NCBI GenBank assembly: GCA_043803405.1
Contig: JAZDKB010000010.1
Location: 32,001 to 96,000 of the forward strand
Direction: 5' to 3'
DNA length: 64,000 nt
Origin: Spirochaetota bacterium
GTDB lineage: Bacteria; Spirochaetota; UBA4802; JAFGDQ01
Of this stretch, positions 49,928 through 63,242 are shown piece by piece (position 1 is the first letter of the stretch; each line of letters starts with the position of its first letter). Position numbers and translations under genes: made by a program. Under the pieces are notes generated by a model, which saw nothing but the letters and a program-made list of their open reading frames with translations, searched no databases and was not told the origin of the DNA.

Positions 49928-52150
49928 TATTCTATTAAGCCGCAGGCTGTTGCTCACAACGGTAATACTGCTGAGAGCCATGGCGAATGCAGCCATCATC
50001 GGATGCAGATGTCTCAGCATCTCCGGAACTGATTCAAAAGGATAAAGAGCGCCTGCTGCAATGGGAATAAGCGCTATATTGTAAAAGAATGCCCAGAACA
50101 GATTTTGTTTTATTGTCCGCATAGTTGCCCTTGAGAGCGCCATTGCCCTGGATACTCCTTTTAACGCACTCCCAACCAGAACAATATCAGCAGCTTCAAT
50201 CGCTATATCAGTACCAGATCCGATTGCAATACCGACATTCGCCTGCGCAAGAGCGGGTGAATCATTTATTCCGTCGCCTACCATTCCAACCAGGCTGCCG
50301 GTTCCCTGCAATTCTTTTATTTTTCTGGCTTTTTCATCAGGAAGAACATCTGCGATTACCTCATCAATCCCAACACTGTCTGCAATAATTTTAGCAGAAT
50401 TATAATTATCCCCGGTAAGCATTGCAACATTCAGCTTTTGTCCATGCAGTTCAGCTATGGCATCAGCAGATTCAGGCTTTACTTTATCCGAAAGTGCAAT
50501 AATACCCGCCGGCTTGCCGTCAATGGCAATTACAATAACTGCTTTACCCTGATCCTGAAGCCAGGCAATTTTTTCAGTAAAATATTTTAAATCAATATTT
50601 AATTCTTTAAACCATGCAGGTTTGCCTGCATAAATAATTTTTCCGTTTACAAAAGCCTGCACACCCATGCCACGAAACGCCTTAAACCCATCAGCATCAA
50701 ATATGCCCAATCCCCTCTCTTCCGCTTCTTTTACAATTGCCCTGCCGAGCGGGTGTTCCGATCCCTTCTCCACTGAAGCTGCGAGTTTAATTAATTCGTC
50801 ATCATTACTCACAGGATCAGCAGTCATAATATCGGCTACAAAAGGCTGCCCTATTGTAACGGTTCCGGTTTTGTCAAAAACGATCGTGTCCAGCCTTGAA
50901 GCAATTTCGAGAGCCTCGCTGTTTTTAAAAAGAATGCCGTTCTCCGCGCCTTTGCCGGTGCCGGCCATAATCGCAGTAGGCGTTGCAAGCCCCAGGGCGC
51001 ACGGACATGTTATCACAAGAACCGAAACCAGCCGAATCATGGCAGGCACAAATTCACCGGTAATTGCCCACCAGAATGCGAAAACAACCAGCGCAACGCC
51101 AATCACAGAAGGAACAAACACAGCGGAAATTCTATCCGCAATCGATTGAATGGGCGCCTTGCTCCCCTGCGCTTCCTGAACAAGATTTATTATCTGTGCA
51201 AGCGCAGTATCTTTCCCTACTTTAATAGCCTTAAACTTTAACACGCCGTCCAGATTTATTGTGCCTCCGGAAACCCGGTCGCCCTGCTTTTTATCCGCAG
51301 GAATCGGCTCGCCCGTAAGCATTGATTCATTTACAGCGGATTCGCCTTCGGTTATTATTCCGTCAACAGGGATTTTTTCTCCGGGCCTGACTATTATTAT
51401 ATCATTTATATGCAGTCCGGAAATCGGCGTCTCTATTTCTGCGCCGTCTGTAACAACAAACGCCGTCTTTGGCTGAAGCCCCATAAGTTTGCGTATAGCA
51501 CCGCCCGTACGGCCTTTAGTTTTAACCTCAAGAATTTTTCCGAGTTTTATTAAAGTAATAATTACGGCAGCTGTTTCAAAATATACGTGTTCCCCAAGCG
51601 AAGGATTGAGTAATAATGAAAGCGAATAAAAATACGCAACAGACGCCCCCATAGCAACAAGAACATCCATGTTCGCGCTGCCGTTGCGAATACTTTTAAA
51701 GCCTCCCTTATAATAGTCCCACCCTGTATAAAACTGTACAGGAGTAGCCAGAATAAAAAAAAGCCAGCTTACCCAGCAAGCGTGGCTCCAGTGACCGAAT
51801 AAATTAAAATCCCTGCCCATGCTGAGAATAAAAAGCGGAAGCGTAAATATAATTCCCAGCAAAAATTTCCTGGTTTGATTTTTAATCTCTTTTGTACGGG
51901 CGATGATTTCCAACTCATCGCCTTCTTCCGCATTCGGCTTAAGTGCGCCATAACCTGCTTTTTCTATTGCAGCTATCATGCCGTCAATGCTTACAACTTC
52001 GGGCGTATATTCGACAGATACCCGTTCGTTTGCAAAATTTACGGACGCACTGATAATTCCCGGAACTTTCTTAAGAGATCTCTCAATATTCGCAGCGCAG
52101 TTAGCACACGTCATCCCGGTTACTGGAATAATTATCTTGTTCTCGGACAT
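49913..52150 (-). CDS. copA: Copper-translocating P1B-type ATPase
   Basis: [37 protein letters not shown] and MALSS. Confidence 0.95.
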   Translation of the reverse strand: MSENKIIIPVTGMTCANCAANIERSLKKVPGIISASVNFANERVSVEYTPEVVSIDGMIAAIEKAGYGALKPNAEEGDELEIIARTKEIKNQTRKFLLGIIFTLPLFILSMGRDFNLFGHWSHACWVSWLFFILATPVQFYTGWDYYKGGFKSIRNGSANMDVLVAMGASVAYFYSLSLLLNPSLGEHVYFETAAVIITLIKLGKILEVKTKGRTGGAIRKLMGLQPKTAFVVTDGAEIETPISGLHINDIIIVRPGEKIPVDGIITEGESAVNESMLTGEPIPADKKQGDRVSGGTINLDGVLKFKAIKVGKDTALAQIINLVQEAQGSKAPIQSIADRISAVFVPSVIGVALVVFAFWWAITGEFVPAMIRLVSVLVITCPCALGLATPTAIMAGTGKGAENGILFKNSEALEIASRLDTIVFDKTGTVTIGQPFVADIMTADPVSNDDELIKLAASVEKGSEHPLGRAIVKEAEERGLGIFDADGFKAFRGMGVQAFVNGKIIYAGKPAWFKELNIDLKYFTEKIAWLQDQGKAVIVIAIDGKPAGIIALSDKVKPESADAIAELHGQKLNVAMLTGDNYNSAKIIADSVGIDEVIADVLPDEKARKIKELQGTGSLVGMVGDGINDSPALAQANVGIAIGSGTDIAIEAADIVLVGSALKGVSRAMALSRATMRTIKQNLFWAFFYNIALIPIAAGALYPFESVPEMLRHLHPMMAAFAMALSSITVVSNSLRLNRIKIYK

Positions 52151-52157
52151 TATGGTT

Positions 52158-52364
52158 CTATTCAGCAGGCGGATAATTGATTTCCTTAAGCTTATCCATA
52201 ATTGCCTTTAAAGAAGCCGGTGCATCCCAGCTTACCGTAATAGTCTTTGCATTCTGATCTCCCTCAACACCGGAAACACCCGTTATCTCGCTTAATTCAT
52301 TTTTTATTGTCATAACACAGTGCTTGCAGGAGATATTTGGAATTGTTAATTTTTTAGTTTCCAT
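52158..52364 (-). CDS. copZ: Copper chaperone (HMA domain)
   Basis: ISCKHC HMA motif; 7 bp upstream of copA. Confidence 0.85.
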   Translation of the reverse strand: METKKLTIPNISCKHCVMTIKNELSEITGVSGVEGDQNAKTITVSWDAPASLKAIMDKLKEINYPPAE

Positions 52365-52404
52365 TATATGCCTCCATTAGGAAATGTAAAATTATTTTAA
52401 ATAT

Positions 52405-52782
52405 TTATGCTTTCCACAAACCGTGGATATTACAGAATTCTCTTACCGTTACAATATCTTCTATGCCGCAGAATGAAGCTTCAGGCGCTTCACCAGGTTT
52501 AAGAAATTTCCGGCATACTTTGCCGTTAGATTGAATTACCTCTATCCATTCTATAAAATGTTTTTCTTCCATAGGATGTGCTACGGAACCTACTTTGACC
52601 GTAATATCTTTCCCGTTTTTATTTACTACAGGCACATGTTTTTCTTTTGCGGCATCTGTGGTATTTTCAGCAACAAGCGTCATCGGCTTTCCGCAGCACA
52701 CTAATTGCCCCTCACAAGCATGAACTACTTCAATAATATTTCCGCAAATTTCACATTTATATATTTGATCTCTTTTAGTCAT
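52405..52782 (-). CDS. dfx: Desulfoferrodoxin (superoxide reductase)
   Basis: CEICGN...CCG, EKHVP, HPM...H.IEWI, CNIHG. Confidence 0.95.
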   Translation of the reverse strand: MTKRDQIYKCEICGNIIEVVHACEGQLVCCGKPMTLVAENTTDAAKEKHVPVVNKNGKDITVKVGSVAHPMEEKHFIEWIEVIQSNGKVCRKFLKPGEAPEASFCGIEDIVTVREFCNIHGLWKA

Positions 52783-52850
52783 AAAAATCTCCTATTACTT
52801 TTATAAATTATTTTTTGCAGCAACGCAACAAAAATCTTCTCCTTATTAAA

Positions 52851-53423
52851 TTAAAAAATATCCGCCATAATCTGAAAATATGCCTGAGGATGATCGCATG
52901 CCGGACATTTATCGGGCGCGCTGTCTCCTTCGTGAATGTAACCGCAGTTCCTGCATTTCCATTTTACTTTCTGATCTTTCCTGAACAATGTCCCCTCTTT
53001 AAGATTTTTAAGCAGATCCAGATATCTTTTTTCATGATGTTGCTCTGCTATTGCGATTGCCCTGAAAACCCTTGCAATCTCGTTAAAACCTTCATCTTCT
53101 GCAATTTTAGCAAAGCCGGGGTACATCTCATACCATTCATAATGTTCACCTGCTGCCGCTTCTTTCAAATTAACCGCTGTATCCGAAATTATGCCTGCTG
53201 GAAAAGTTGCAGTTATTTCAGCCTCACCGCCCTCTAAAAATTTAAATTCTCTTTTTGCATGTTCCTTTTCCTGATCCGCCGAATCAAGAAATACTGCGGA
53301 AATCTGTTCATATCCTTCTTTTTTTGCCTTGGAAGCGAAATAAGTATAACGATTTCTTGCCTGTGATTCACCGGCGAATGCAGTTAATAAATTTTTTTCC
53401 GTTCTGGTACCTTTAATTTTCAT
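52851..53423 (-). CDS. rbr: Rubrerythrin
   Basis: [33 protein letters not shown]...CPAC. Confidence 0.95.
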   Translation of the reverse strand: MKIKGTRTEKNLLTAFAGESQARNRYTYFASKAKKEGYEQISAVFLDSADQEKEHAKREFKFLEGGEAEITATFPAGIISDTAVNLKEAAAGEHYEWYEMYPGFAKIAEDEGFNEIARVFRAIAIAEQHHEKRYLDLLKNLKEGTLFRKDQKVKWKCRNCGYIHEGDSAPDKCPACDHPQAYFQIMADIF

Positions 53424-53533
53424 TTTCCCTACCTTTTAATTTAATTATTCTAATTAAATCGTTCATGGATTAATTAGTGTCTATTTAAATATTTAAAAAA
53501 TCAAGTTATTTATTAAAGCAGATTAAAATTAAC

Positions 53534-53577
53534 TTTGTAATGATTACATTTATATAATTAGTACAAATTGCTGTCAA
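53534..53577 (-). promoter_or_regulatory. rbr promoter with overlapping palindromic operator (putative PerR box)
   Basis: Minus strand TTGACA-17-TATAAA, abutting TGTAAT-n-ATTACA (53534-53550). Confidence 0.6.
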
Positions 53578-53729
53578 TAAATAAATATTTTTTAAAAAAA
53601 TATTTCACTAAGGTATTGTATTTTTATGTATTAAAATTAAAAGATAAGATAATAAAATAAAATTTTTTCGGGGCAAATCTTTGGTTAAATAATAAAATCA
53701 AAAACTGTTTATATCGCTGTTTTAATTTG

Positions 53730-54137
53730 CTATTTTTGGCATGCCTTACATATTCCTTTAAAGAAAAGCTGGGTTTCTTTAATTAAATGACCTCCAATAG
53801 ATTTGATATACAGCACCTTAGTATCCATTGGAACATCATATAATTGACCGCACACATTGCATTTGAAATGAGCGTGTTTTTCTACTGAAGCATCGTATTT
53901 AACCTCATTGTCTTCAATTGTGATTGCCTGAACAATGCCCGAGTCCTGAAATGTTTTTAAAGTATTATAAACCGTTGTCTTTGAAAGGGTCGGGATGTCT
54001 CCGGAAATATCTTTGTATATAGTATCAACAGTAGGATGGTTCTTCATTTTTAAAAGATACTCAAGAATTTTCATTCGGTGAAGAGATGGCTTAATAGTGT
54101 TTTCCGAGAGGATATTTTTAATTTCCGATGGTTTCAT
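53730..54137 (-). CDS. Fur family transcriptional regulator, PerR-like
   Basis: NHPTVD.IY, SKTTVYNTL, HAHFKCNVCG, GICKAC; adjacent to rbr/dfx. Confidence 0.88.
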   Translation of the reverse strand: MKPSEIKNILSENTIKPSLHRMKILEYLLKMKNHPTVDTIYKDISGDIPTLSKTTVYNTLKTFQDSGIVQAITIEDNEVKYDASVEKHAHFKCNVCGQLYDVPMDTKVLYIKSIGGHLIKETQLFFKGICKACQK

Positions 54138-54271
54138 CTTAATAAGATTATTAGCTTAAAAATTATATATTACACAATATTATTACGTATAATTCTATTA
54201 TATATAACATTTTGGTTGGAATTGTCAATATTTTTAATGATAAATATAAAAATTTTTGAAATAATTTTGAT

Positions 54272-54288
54272 TTTGTAATGATTACATT
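54272..54288. promoter_or_regulatory. Second identical copy of the putative PerR box
   Basis: TTTGTAATGATTACATT, identical to 53534-53550, upstream of the regulator gene. Confidence 0.6.
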
Positions 54289-54392
54289 ATGTTTTTAAAG
54301 TAAAAGAACGCCATTTTAAAAAAAATATCTTTTGTTTTTCCGGATTCCGTATATAATTATAAATTAATATATTATTAATAAGGATATTTTTT

Positions 54393-55379
54393 ATGTTATT
54401 GAATCCGTTTACGGAATCAAATCTTCAAAATCTTCAAACTGGTATTTTAAAAATATCAGCCGATATATTCTGTCCCATACTCCAAATTTTAAAAACCAAA
54501 TGGGTTATGCTGGCAAAAAATGCCAGAGAGCAAATAACGATTATAATTGTCCCGCATAATGAAAAAAAAATTTTAAACTATAATTTACACATATATTCAA
54601 TTATTACGATCGTAATAGTATTCATTTCGGGTTTAATATTTACTTCGGTCTCAATTATAAACTTTTCTTATACAAGCAAAAATGTCTCAAAATTGACCCT
54701 ATATGATGCAAATTCAAAACTGCAAATCAAAGAATATAAAGAAGAAATAACCAAATTATATGACAAATTCCAGGAACTTAAATCCGGCATATCCTTGTTG
54801 TATTCAACAATAACCGAAGAAAATTCAAATTCACTGTGGGCAAAAGGAGGTGAATCAGCTTTAAATGCCGACGAATCATCCTCCCCGTCTATTGAAGAAT
54901 TAAACATGAAAGAACTGGATCAGGAATTAAAAGCAAGCTTTGAAATTCTGGGAGAAATAAAAAATTATTTAAAAAATAAAAATATTATTGAAAGCGCTCC
55001 GTCCATCAGACCGGTGATCGGTTACATATTATCTGAAGCTGAAATAAATACTCACAAGATCATCTATGATAAGGCAAATGTAAAAGGCGTTGCAATAGCC
55101 GCTTTCCCGGGGACAAAGATTCGGGCAACTGCGCCTGGTAAAGTTGAAGCTGTAGTTTGGGATAAATTATTAGGCATTAAAATAACAATACGTCATAAAT
55201 ACGGCTTTTCCAGTATATTCTCGCACTGCCGGAATGTGATCGTCAAGCCGAATCAAAATGTTTCAAAAGGCGAAACTATCGGCTACACGGGAAGTACCGG
55301 TTCGGCTGCAAAAGCAATTTGTTTTTATCAAATCAGGATTGGAAATGAATTTGTCAATCCACTCCCGTATATCAAATAA
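54393..55379 (+). CDS. Membrane-anchored M23/LytM domain protein (degenerate Zn site)
   Basis: TIIIVPH, TM, coiled coil, PSIRPV, GTKIRATAPG, H.YGF...FSH, GETIGY.G.TG, VNP. Confidence 0.8.
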   Translation: MLLNPFTESNLQNLQTGILKISADIFCPILQILKTKWVMLAKNAREQITIIIVPHNEKKILNYNLHIYSIITIVIVFISGLIFTSVSIINFSYTSKNVSKLTLYDANSKLQIKEYKEEITKLYDKFQELKSGISLLYSTITEENSNSLWAKGGESALNADESSSPSIEELNMKELDQELKASFEILGEIKNYLKNKNIIESAPSIRPVIGYILSEAEINTHKIIYDKANVKGVAIAAFPGTKIRATAPGKVEAVVWDKLLGIKITIRHKYGFSSIFSHCRNVIVKPNQNVSKGETIGYTGSTGSAAKAICFYQIRIGNEFVNPLPYIK

Positions 55380-55413
55380 GATATTATTTTAAATGTTATT
55401 ATATTATTCGGAT

Positions 55414-56001
55414 TTATTTGCCTATCTTTTTACCAGAAAGCAGTTCCCATATTTCAGCAAAACCATATTTACGAGCATATACAAGAGCTGTATTACCGCT
55501 GTTGTCAACCATATTAGGGTCAGCACCCTTTTCAAATAACAGCTTTGCTATATCAAGATGACCATAATAAGCAGCGAGAATCAAAGGAGTTTTATTTGTA
55601 TTTTCTGTAATATTTATATCTGCTTTATGATTTAACAATATCTTCACGATTTCACTATAATTATAGAATGCTGCTATATGAAGTGCTGTATATCCAATCT
55701 TACCGCCAGATTGTACTCCTCCTCCGGGTTGCCCGCTACTTAAATCTTTTATTTTAAAATTCGCGTCAGCACCATTATCCAATAAAAGCTCCATTACCCG
55801 GCTGTGATTATAATAGGATGCCCATAAAAGAGGTGTCCATCCATTTTGATCCACTGAATTAACATTGTCTCCTTTTTTGATCAAGTCATCTGCCATTATG
55901 AGGTTACCGTCTTTTGCGGCCTTGTGTAAACTTGAACAACTTATAAAAGTTAAAAATATTAATAAAACAATAAGGTAAGAATATAAGGATTTAATTTTCA
56001 T
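55414..56001 (-). CDS. Ankyrin repeat lipoprotein
   Basis: TPLLWA, TALHIAA, TPLILAA, TALVYA repeats; lipobox-like TFISC. Confidence 0.88.
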   Translation of the reverse strand: MKIKSLYSYLIVLLIFLTFISCSSLHKAAKDGNLIMADDLIKKGDNVNSVDQNGWTPLLWASYYNHSRVMELLLDNGADANFKIKDLSSGQPGGGVQSGGKIGYTALHIAAFYNYSEIVKILLNHKADINITENTNKTPLILAAYYGHLDIAKLLFEKGADPNMVDNSGNTALVYARKYGFAEIWELLSGKKIGK

Positions 56002-56082
56002 AAAATTATCCTTTAAAATAATTTAAAATTTATGTAAAAATAATATTCTGGCTTTTTACTCAATTAATAAAATAATAAAAAA

Positions 56083-56277
56083 TTACTTAACCCGCTTGAT
56101 AGTTTTATTTGATATCATATCCATAAGCTCTTTTAAAAGCGCCTTTTCAATTTTATCAATAACTCCGTCTTCCTGGGACAAACGGATTATTTCCTCATAT
56201 TCCGCCTGAGTTACTTGCTGATCGTCAATGGCTTTTTTTATGACATCTTTAAGCTCTTTACCGTTATTTGTCTTCAT
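56083..56277 (-). CDS. Small hypothetical protein
   Basis: 64-aa helical ORF with GAGG SD; two D-x-x-I/V-x-x-x-E repeats. Confidence 0.65.
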   Translation of the reverse strand: MKTNNGKELKDVIKKAIDDQQVTQAEYEEIIRLSQEDGVIDKIEKALLKELMDMISNKTIKRVK

Positions 56278-56366
56278 AATAAATACCTCGAGTAGTTTTT
56301 ATAAATTTATAAAAATTATTAACATCGAAATTGTCAATATTTTTTTATTGTTTTAGTGAAGCATGG

Positions 56367-56819
56367 TTAAGCAGAAATATTCAGAATATTAAGTATTTCG
56401 GACGGTGAATTAGATACTATTATTTTTTTTCTTATATCTTCGTTTTTTAAAACCGTCATTATTTTTGAAAGCAGTTTTAAATATTCCTTATGCTGATCTT
56501 CCCCTGCTGCAACAAGTACTATCATATAAACAGGCTCGCCGTCAATCGCGTTAAAATCAATTCCGTTTTCCGAGATACCTATAGCAAAAGAGATTTTTTT
56601 TACCGTAGTTATTTTTGCATGCGGAATTGCAATACCAAGGCCTATACCTGTGGTCATTATCTCTTCTCTTTCAATAAGAGCGGCAGTCAGCGACTCGATA
56701 TCGTTGCATACATCTGTATCTTTAAATACGCCGGCTACCTCTTCAATTGCTTTAAGCTTATCTTCTGATTTTATTTTAATTATATATTTTTTATCCGTAT
56801 AGTCTGAAAGATCACCCAT
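56367..56819 (-). CDS. PTS EIIA component (fructose/mannitol/nitrogen-regulatory family)
   Basis: EREEIMTTGIGLGIAIPHA, GIDFNAIDGEPV; likely start MGDL at 56819. Confidence 0.88.
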   Translation of the reverse strand: MGDLSDYTDKKYIIKIKSEDKLKAIEEVAGVFKDTDVCNDIESLTAALIEREEIMTTGIGLGIAIPHAKITTVKKISFAIGISENGIDFNAIDGEPVYMIVLVAAGEDQHKEYLKLLSKIMTVLKNEDIRKKIIVSNSPSEILNILNISA

Positions 56820-56981
56820 CAATAATTTCTCCGGCAAATTTTGTCTTTGTATAATTAATTCCTTTGACAAAATATTATTATAGCTTAATTACTTTCAAGT
56901 AATAAATATTTAATTTATAAATCAATTTAAATTTTATCCGGCTTACTTTCGAAAATTGAACAAAAAAAAAGAGACTGCTAT

Positions 56982-57782
56982 ATGAAAAAATATGTTCATG
57001 GCTACTCGGACAGAGAATCAAAAAGACTGCAGGATCAGGCAAACACGCTGGACGAACTGCTGCACCATGATTCTGTTTTCCCGGCGAACAGTAAAATACT
57101 GGAAGCAGGCTGCGGCGTAGGTTCCCAAATAAAAATTATTGCTCCTAAAAATCCTTTATGCAGTTTTACTTCGATCGATATATCCGAAACTTCGCTTGAA
57201 AAAGCAAAAAAATTAGCCCAGTCATTAAACATAAAAAATGCCGAATTTCGGATGGGCGATATTTTTAATTTAACATTTAAAGAAGAATCCTTTGATCATA
57301 TCTTTGTTTGTTTTGTTCTTGAACATCTGCCCGATCCTTTGAAGGCGCTGCAAAAATTAAAAAAAGTATTACGGGTAGGCGGGACAATTACCGTGATTGA
57401 AGGCGACCACGGTTCAGCTTATTTTTATCCTAAAAGTGAAGCCGCACAAAAAGCCATTAACTGCCAGGTGCGTTTACAGGCAATGCATGGCGGCAATGCT
57501 TTAATTGGCAGAGAAATTTATCCGCTTCTTACCCGCGCCGGGTTCAAAGATTGCATTGTTTCCCCAAGGATGGTCTATGTTGATTCCAGCAGGCCGTTTT
57601 TCGTTGAAGGCTTTACAAAGAATACTTTTACAGCCATGATTGAAGGTGTGGAAAAGGATGCCCTGGAGAATTCTCTTATAACCAAAGAGGAATGGGATCA
57701 GGGAATAAAAGACCTGCACCGCACTGCCGGGAAAGACGGCGTGTTTTGCTATACTTTTTTTAAAGGAAAAGCGGTTAACTAA
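56982..57782 (+). CDS. Class I SAM-dependent methyltransferase
   Basis: ILEAGCGVG, SIDIS, FDHIFVCFVLEH, VLRVGG. Confidence 0.88.
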   Translation: MKKYVHGYSDRESKRLQDQANTLDELLHHDSVFPANSKILEAGCGVGSQIKIIAPKNPLCSFTSIDISETSLEKAKKLAQSLNIKNAEFRMGDIFNLTFKEESFDHIFVCFVLEHLPDPLKALQKLKKVLRVGGTITVIEGDHGSAYFYPKSEAAQKAINCQVRLQAMHGGNALIGREIYPLLTRAGFKDCIVSPRMVYVDSSRPFFVEGFTKNTFTAMIEGVEKDALENSLITKEEWDQGIKDLHRTAGKDGVFCYTFFKGKAVN

Positions 57783-57852
57783 TTAGTATTATTCCTGTAC
57801 CACCTGAGCTGCCCTTTTTGAAGCCCCCTTAGGGAATCTGTTACAGATTTTA

Positions 57853-58209
57853 TTATTGTTTTAACCGAATGGTTACTGCATTACATGAAATGTTTCCAAC
57901 AAGCTTTTCCCAGCCATTATTATTAATTTGTCCGATATGTTCAACCTGCCATGCCGGTCTCTGACCGAAAAAAATACAGAAGTAATTGCCTCTGTTTGTA
58001 TAAGCAATGCCTCCGGAAGGAATATCAGGTACCGGCTTTTCTTCACCAAGATCTATTCCGATTGAACCATATAATTCATTTCCCCACTTCTCAAGATTTA
58101 TTCGATAAGGCAATTTCCCAGCAAAGCTATCTGCCACCGATGTGTTAAAAAGTTCTGCCTCAAGAACTATTGATCCGAAATCCAGAATAATCTGTTTCTT
58201 CTGTATCAT
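57853..58209 (-). CDS. Cyclophilin-like fold protein
   Basis: LP......WGNELY, GGIAY...GNYFCIFFG. Confidence 0.7.
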   Translation of the reverse strand: MIQKKQIILDFGSIVLEAELFNTSVADSFAGKLPYRINLEKWGNELYGSIGIDLGEEKPVPDIPSGGIAYTNRGNYFCIFFGQRPAWQVEHIGQINNNGWEKLVGNISCNAVTIRLKQ

Positions 58210-58336
58210 TTCCTGGTTTATCCTATGCAGATTAATATCCGGTTACATAACATGCCGGTTCAGCAGCGGTAATGCGCCGTCTCCCGGAACCGGTTGTTAG
58301 ATGAACTTTTTTCTTCTCTTTCAGAAGATACTGTTC

Positions 58337-60562
<2,226 letters not shown>

Positions 60563-60887
60563 TCAAAAAACAAAAAAGATATGTACCGCAGGTGTGAACG
60601 CAGGAATTGAGAATCATATTAGCGGAACAACTCCACAAAACTTATTGAAGTAAAAATTGTAAGATACATCTGACAGTATATTTTGTCAGGTACATTTTAA
60701 TCACAAAAGAATTTCCTTACTGTAAAATATGCCATTTCTAAAATCATATATTATTATTATACGTCGCAAACAGAAATCCAGTATACGGACATATATGTAC
60801 AACATCATATTTTATTAGACTTTAATATTCTAAAAATCTCAAATACTTTTTAAAATAATTTCAAAATTATTTTAACCGGCCTGGTTT

Positions 60888-62078
60888 TCAGGGAACGGCC
60901 ATTCCAAGTGCACGACGCGTCATCATCAGGATCATCTTTGCATTTCCGGCCCGGGCACGCATAAGCGTGAGATAAAACCGTGTTGTGTCTTTCGCGGGAG
61001 TTGCTATTTGATCCTTTTTCCGCAGATGGACAGCATTCGTATTACATACCGTAGTACATAATCCGCAGCCAATGCATCTTCCCGGATCAACTCTGCCTTT
61101 TCCGTCTTCCAGCGCAATGGCGTCCATCTGACAACGATCGATGCATCGCCCGCATCCAATACAAAGATCGGCATTTGTAAACGCATAATAGTTGGAGTAA
61201 AAATACCGGGCAGGATTATCCAGAAGCTTTGCATTGGATAACACCTCACAGCAGCAGCCGCAGCACAGGCAAACACAAAACGGAGATTGAGAATTGGACG
61301 GCTGCACCACAAGCCCGTCCTGTTCGCATTTATCCAGGATCCGGAACACTTCCTCCAGCGTAATTTCCCTTCCCCAGCCGTGATCCTTGTAATTTCTGGC
61401 AGCATTGCCGAAGAGCAGGCAAATTTCGCGCTCTTTCGTTACTTTGCAGGGATGCCCGAGTAAATCATGTCCTTCTTTGCAGATACAATCAACCACCAGA
61501 AAAGGACCGCGATATCTGCCAAGAATTTGCCGGATATCATCATAAGGCATAATATTGAGATCCGGAGTAATAGATCCTTTAGTAGGCACCGGACGGAGTT
61601 GAGTGAACTTCGGGTTTAAGAGGGCATCGCGGAATTTTTCGTCGATATATTGTTTAAAATCCTCAAAGAATTCTTTCTTAAGGTGATTGACCTGAAATTC
61701 AAACATTCCAATAGCCAGCATAATGACACTGTAGATTTTAAGTCCGTTTCTGGTGATGCTTCTGACAATACTCCCCTGATCGGACATCTGGTCTAAAATT
61801 TTTTCAAGTTCAGCAATATCAGGATATTTGCTCTTTAATCGTTTTTGAATAACTTTTGCAGGTTCAGGGATAATGCTCATCGACAAGGCAATTTGTGCCT
61901 GTTCGGGTGTAAACAAATGTTTCAATATGCGGATTTCAACACCGGATTCAGTTGCAGGAAAAGCAATGGGCAATTTATCCAACTTTTGCTGTAGTTTTCG
62001 ATATACTTTAGAATCAATGCTATCCCGGGATGTAATTTCCATATATTCCTTTTTATTCAATAATATAATTCCGGTCAT
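60888..62078 (-). CDS. 4Fe-4S dicluster binding protein
   Basis: CIC, C...C, CVCLCCGCCC, CIGCGRCIDRC and CIGCGLCTTVC. Confidence 0.85.
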   Translation of the reverse strand: MTGIILLNKKEYMEITSRDSIDSKVYRKLQQKLDKLPIAFPATESGVEIRILKHLFTPEQAQIALSMSIIPEPAKVIQKRLKSKYPDIAELEKILDQMSDQGSIVRSITRNGLKIYSVIMLAIGMFEFQVNHLKKEFFEDFKQYIDEKFRDALLNPKFTQLRPVPTKGSITPDLNIMPYDDIRQILGRYRGPFLVVDCICKEGHDLLGHPCKVTKEREICLLFGNAARNYKDHGWGREITLEEVFRILDKCEQDGLVVQPSNSQSPFCVCLCCGCCCEVLSNAKLLDNPARYFYSNYYAFTNADLCIGCGRCIDRCQMDAIALEDGKGRVDPGRCIGCGLCTTVCNTNAVHLRKKDQIATPAKDTTRFYLTLMRARAGNAKMILMMTRRALGMAVP

Positions 62079-62117
62079 TGTTTTTTTATCAGATCATTAT
62101 CTCTGATAAAAAACAAT
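62077..62117. other. AT-rich inverted repeat (terminator or operator)
   Basis: ATTGTTTTTTTATCAGA-N8-TCTGATAAAAAACAAT. Confidence 0.45.
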
Positions 62118-62166
62118 CAAAGCATCGGGCAATTAAAACGACAATGAGGAGATTCGGCTGGAAGTA

Positions 62167-62943
62167 TTATTTAAATATATTATTTATTATTTTAAAATAA
62201 TCTTCTTTCGTGTCCATATTTATCTTTGATCTGTTTGCTATAAAAAAATTTATACTTTCAATGTACTGCTCCCTGCTCCAATCGTTCAGGTTGTTCCATT
62301 GCTGTACATTAAAAACAAACTTATCATAAGATGAAAAGAATTCTTCAGCTTCATTTGCATTATCGGGCGCCACTTTAATGTTCCTTTCCTTATATTCATC
62401 CAGTAATTCCTTATACAGTTCATCTTTATGCATAAATGACAACAGCTCAATTCCATAAGACATAAAATTTATTATATCGTGCTTTTCTATTAGCATATTA
62501 TGCAGCTGTTCATAATTATCACTGCGAAGCCTCGCTATTTCATCCAGGCTTCGTGCGGCAAGAACCGGATTATTCATATAATAAGTGTTTAAGAAAGCTT
62601 CCTCCAGGTAGACTGAATTTTCAGGAAGAGGAAATTTCCCGATTGTGAAGATGGCAAATGATTTCCATGTCAGTTGTTCATGATATAGAAATTTTTTAAA
62701 GTATGGGAAGAATGAATTTCCTTTTAGCCGGGAAAGGAATTCCGAATAATCATCATCCGTTAAATCCGATTTTCCTGACAGATCCACAAGGATCATTAAT
62801 GCCGATACAAAATCAATTCCGTCTTCTGTTGAATCCAGGTATTGCATTATTTCCGGTACCAGGTTTTTCATTCCGATTAAGTCGCAGTATTTCTTAAGTT
62901 TTCCGTCACGATTGTAGCTACTGATAATTTCATTAAAATTCAT
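62167..62943 (-). CDS. Hypothetical protein, helical-repeat-like
   Basis: 258-aa ORF with GGGAG SD; no family recognised. Confidence 0.65.
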   Translation of the reverse strand: MNFNEIISSYNRDGKLKKYCDLIGMKNLVPEIMQYLDSTEDGIDFVSALMILVDLSGKSDLTDDDYSEFLSRLKGNSFFPYFKKFLYHEQLTWKSFAIFTIGKFPLPENSVYLEEAFLNTYYMNNPVLAARSLDEIARLRSDNYEQLHNMLIEKHDIINFMSYGIELLSFMHKDELYKELLDEYKERNIKVAPDNANEAEEFFSSYDKFVFNVQQWNNLNDWSREQYIESINFFIANRSKINMDTKEDYFKIINNIFK

Positions 62944-63242
62944 AAAATACTTTTCTCCCGAAGTAGCCTATTACATAGAAATGTCCTGAGACTGTTCCCT
63001 TCTGTTTCAGCGTTTATTATTTTATAAGTCAGCTACCTTTATTGGATGTAATGAGTGTGCTGTCAATTAAAATGGATTTATATAAAAATATCCAGACAGG
63101 TTGAATCACTTGCAGGGTGATTTCCGTCTTTACACTCCGGGACTCTGTACTTCATAATTTACTAAAATTTTCAGCATGATGCAGCCATACTTTACCTGGA
63201 ATTCTAAACGACAATTTTTATTTTAATACAGTTTCATCTGAC

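Noticed and set aside
60603..60621. Fur-box-like sequence upstream of katG
   Set aside because: Only about 12/19 match in AT-rich DNA and unlike the repeated box at rbr; too weak.
62980..63010. CTGAGA as a TPP riboswitch core
   Set aside because: No downstream ACCUGA/AGGGA elements and no thiamine gene adjacent.
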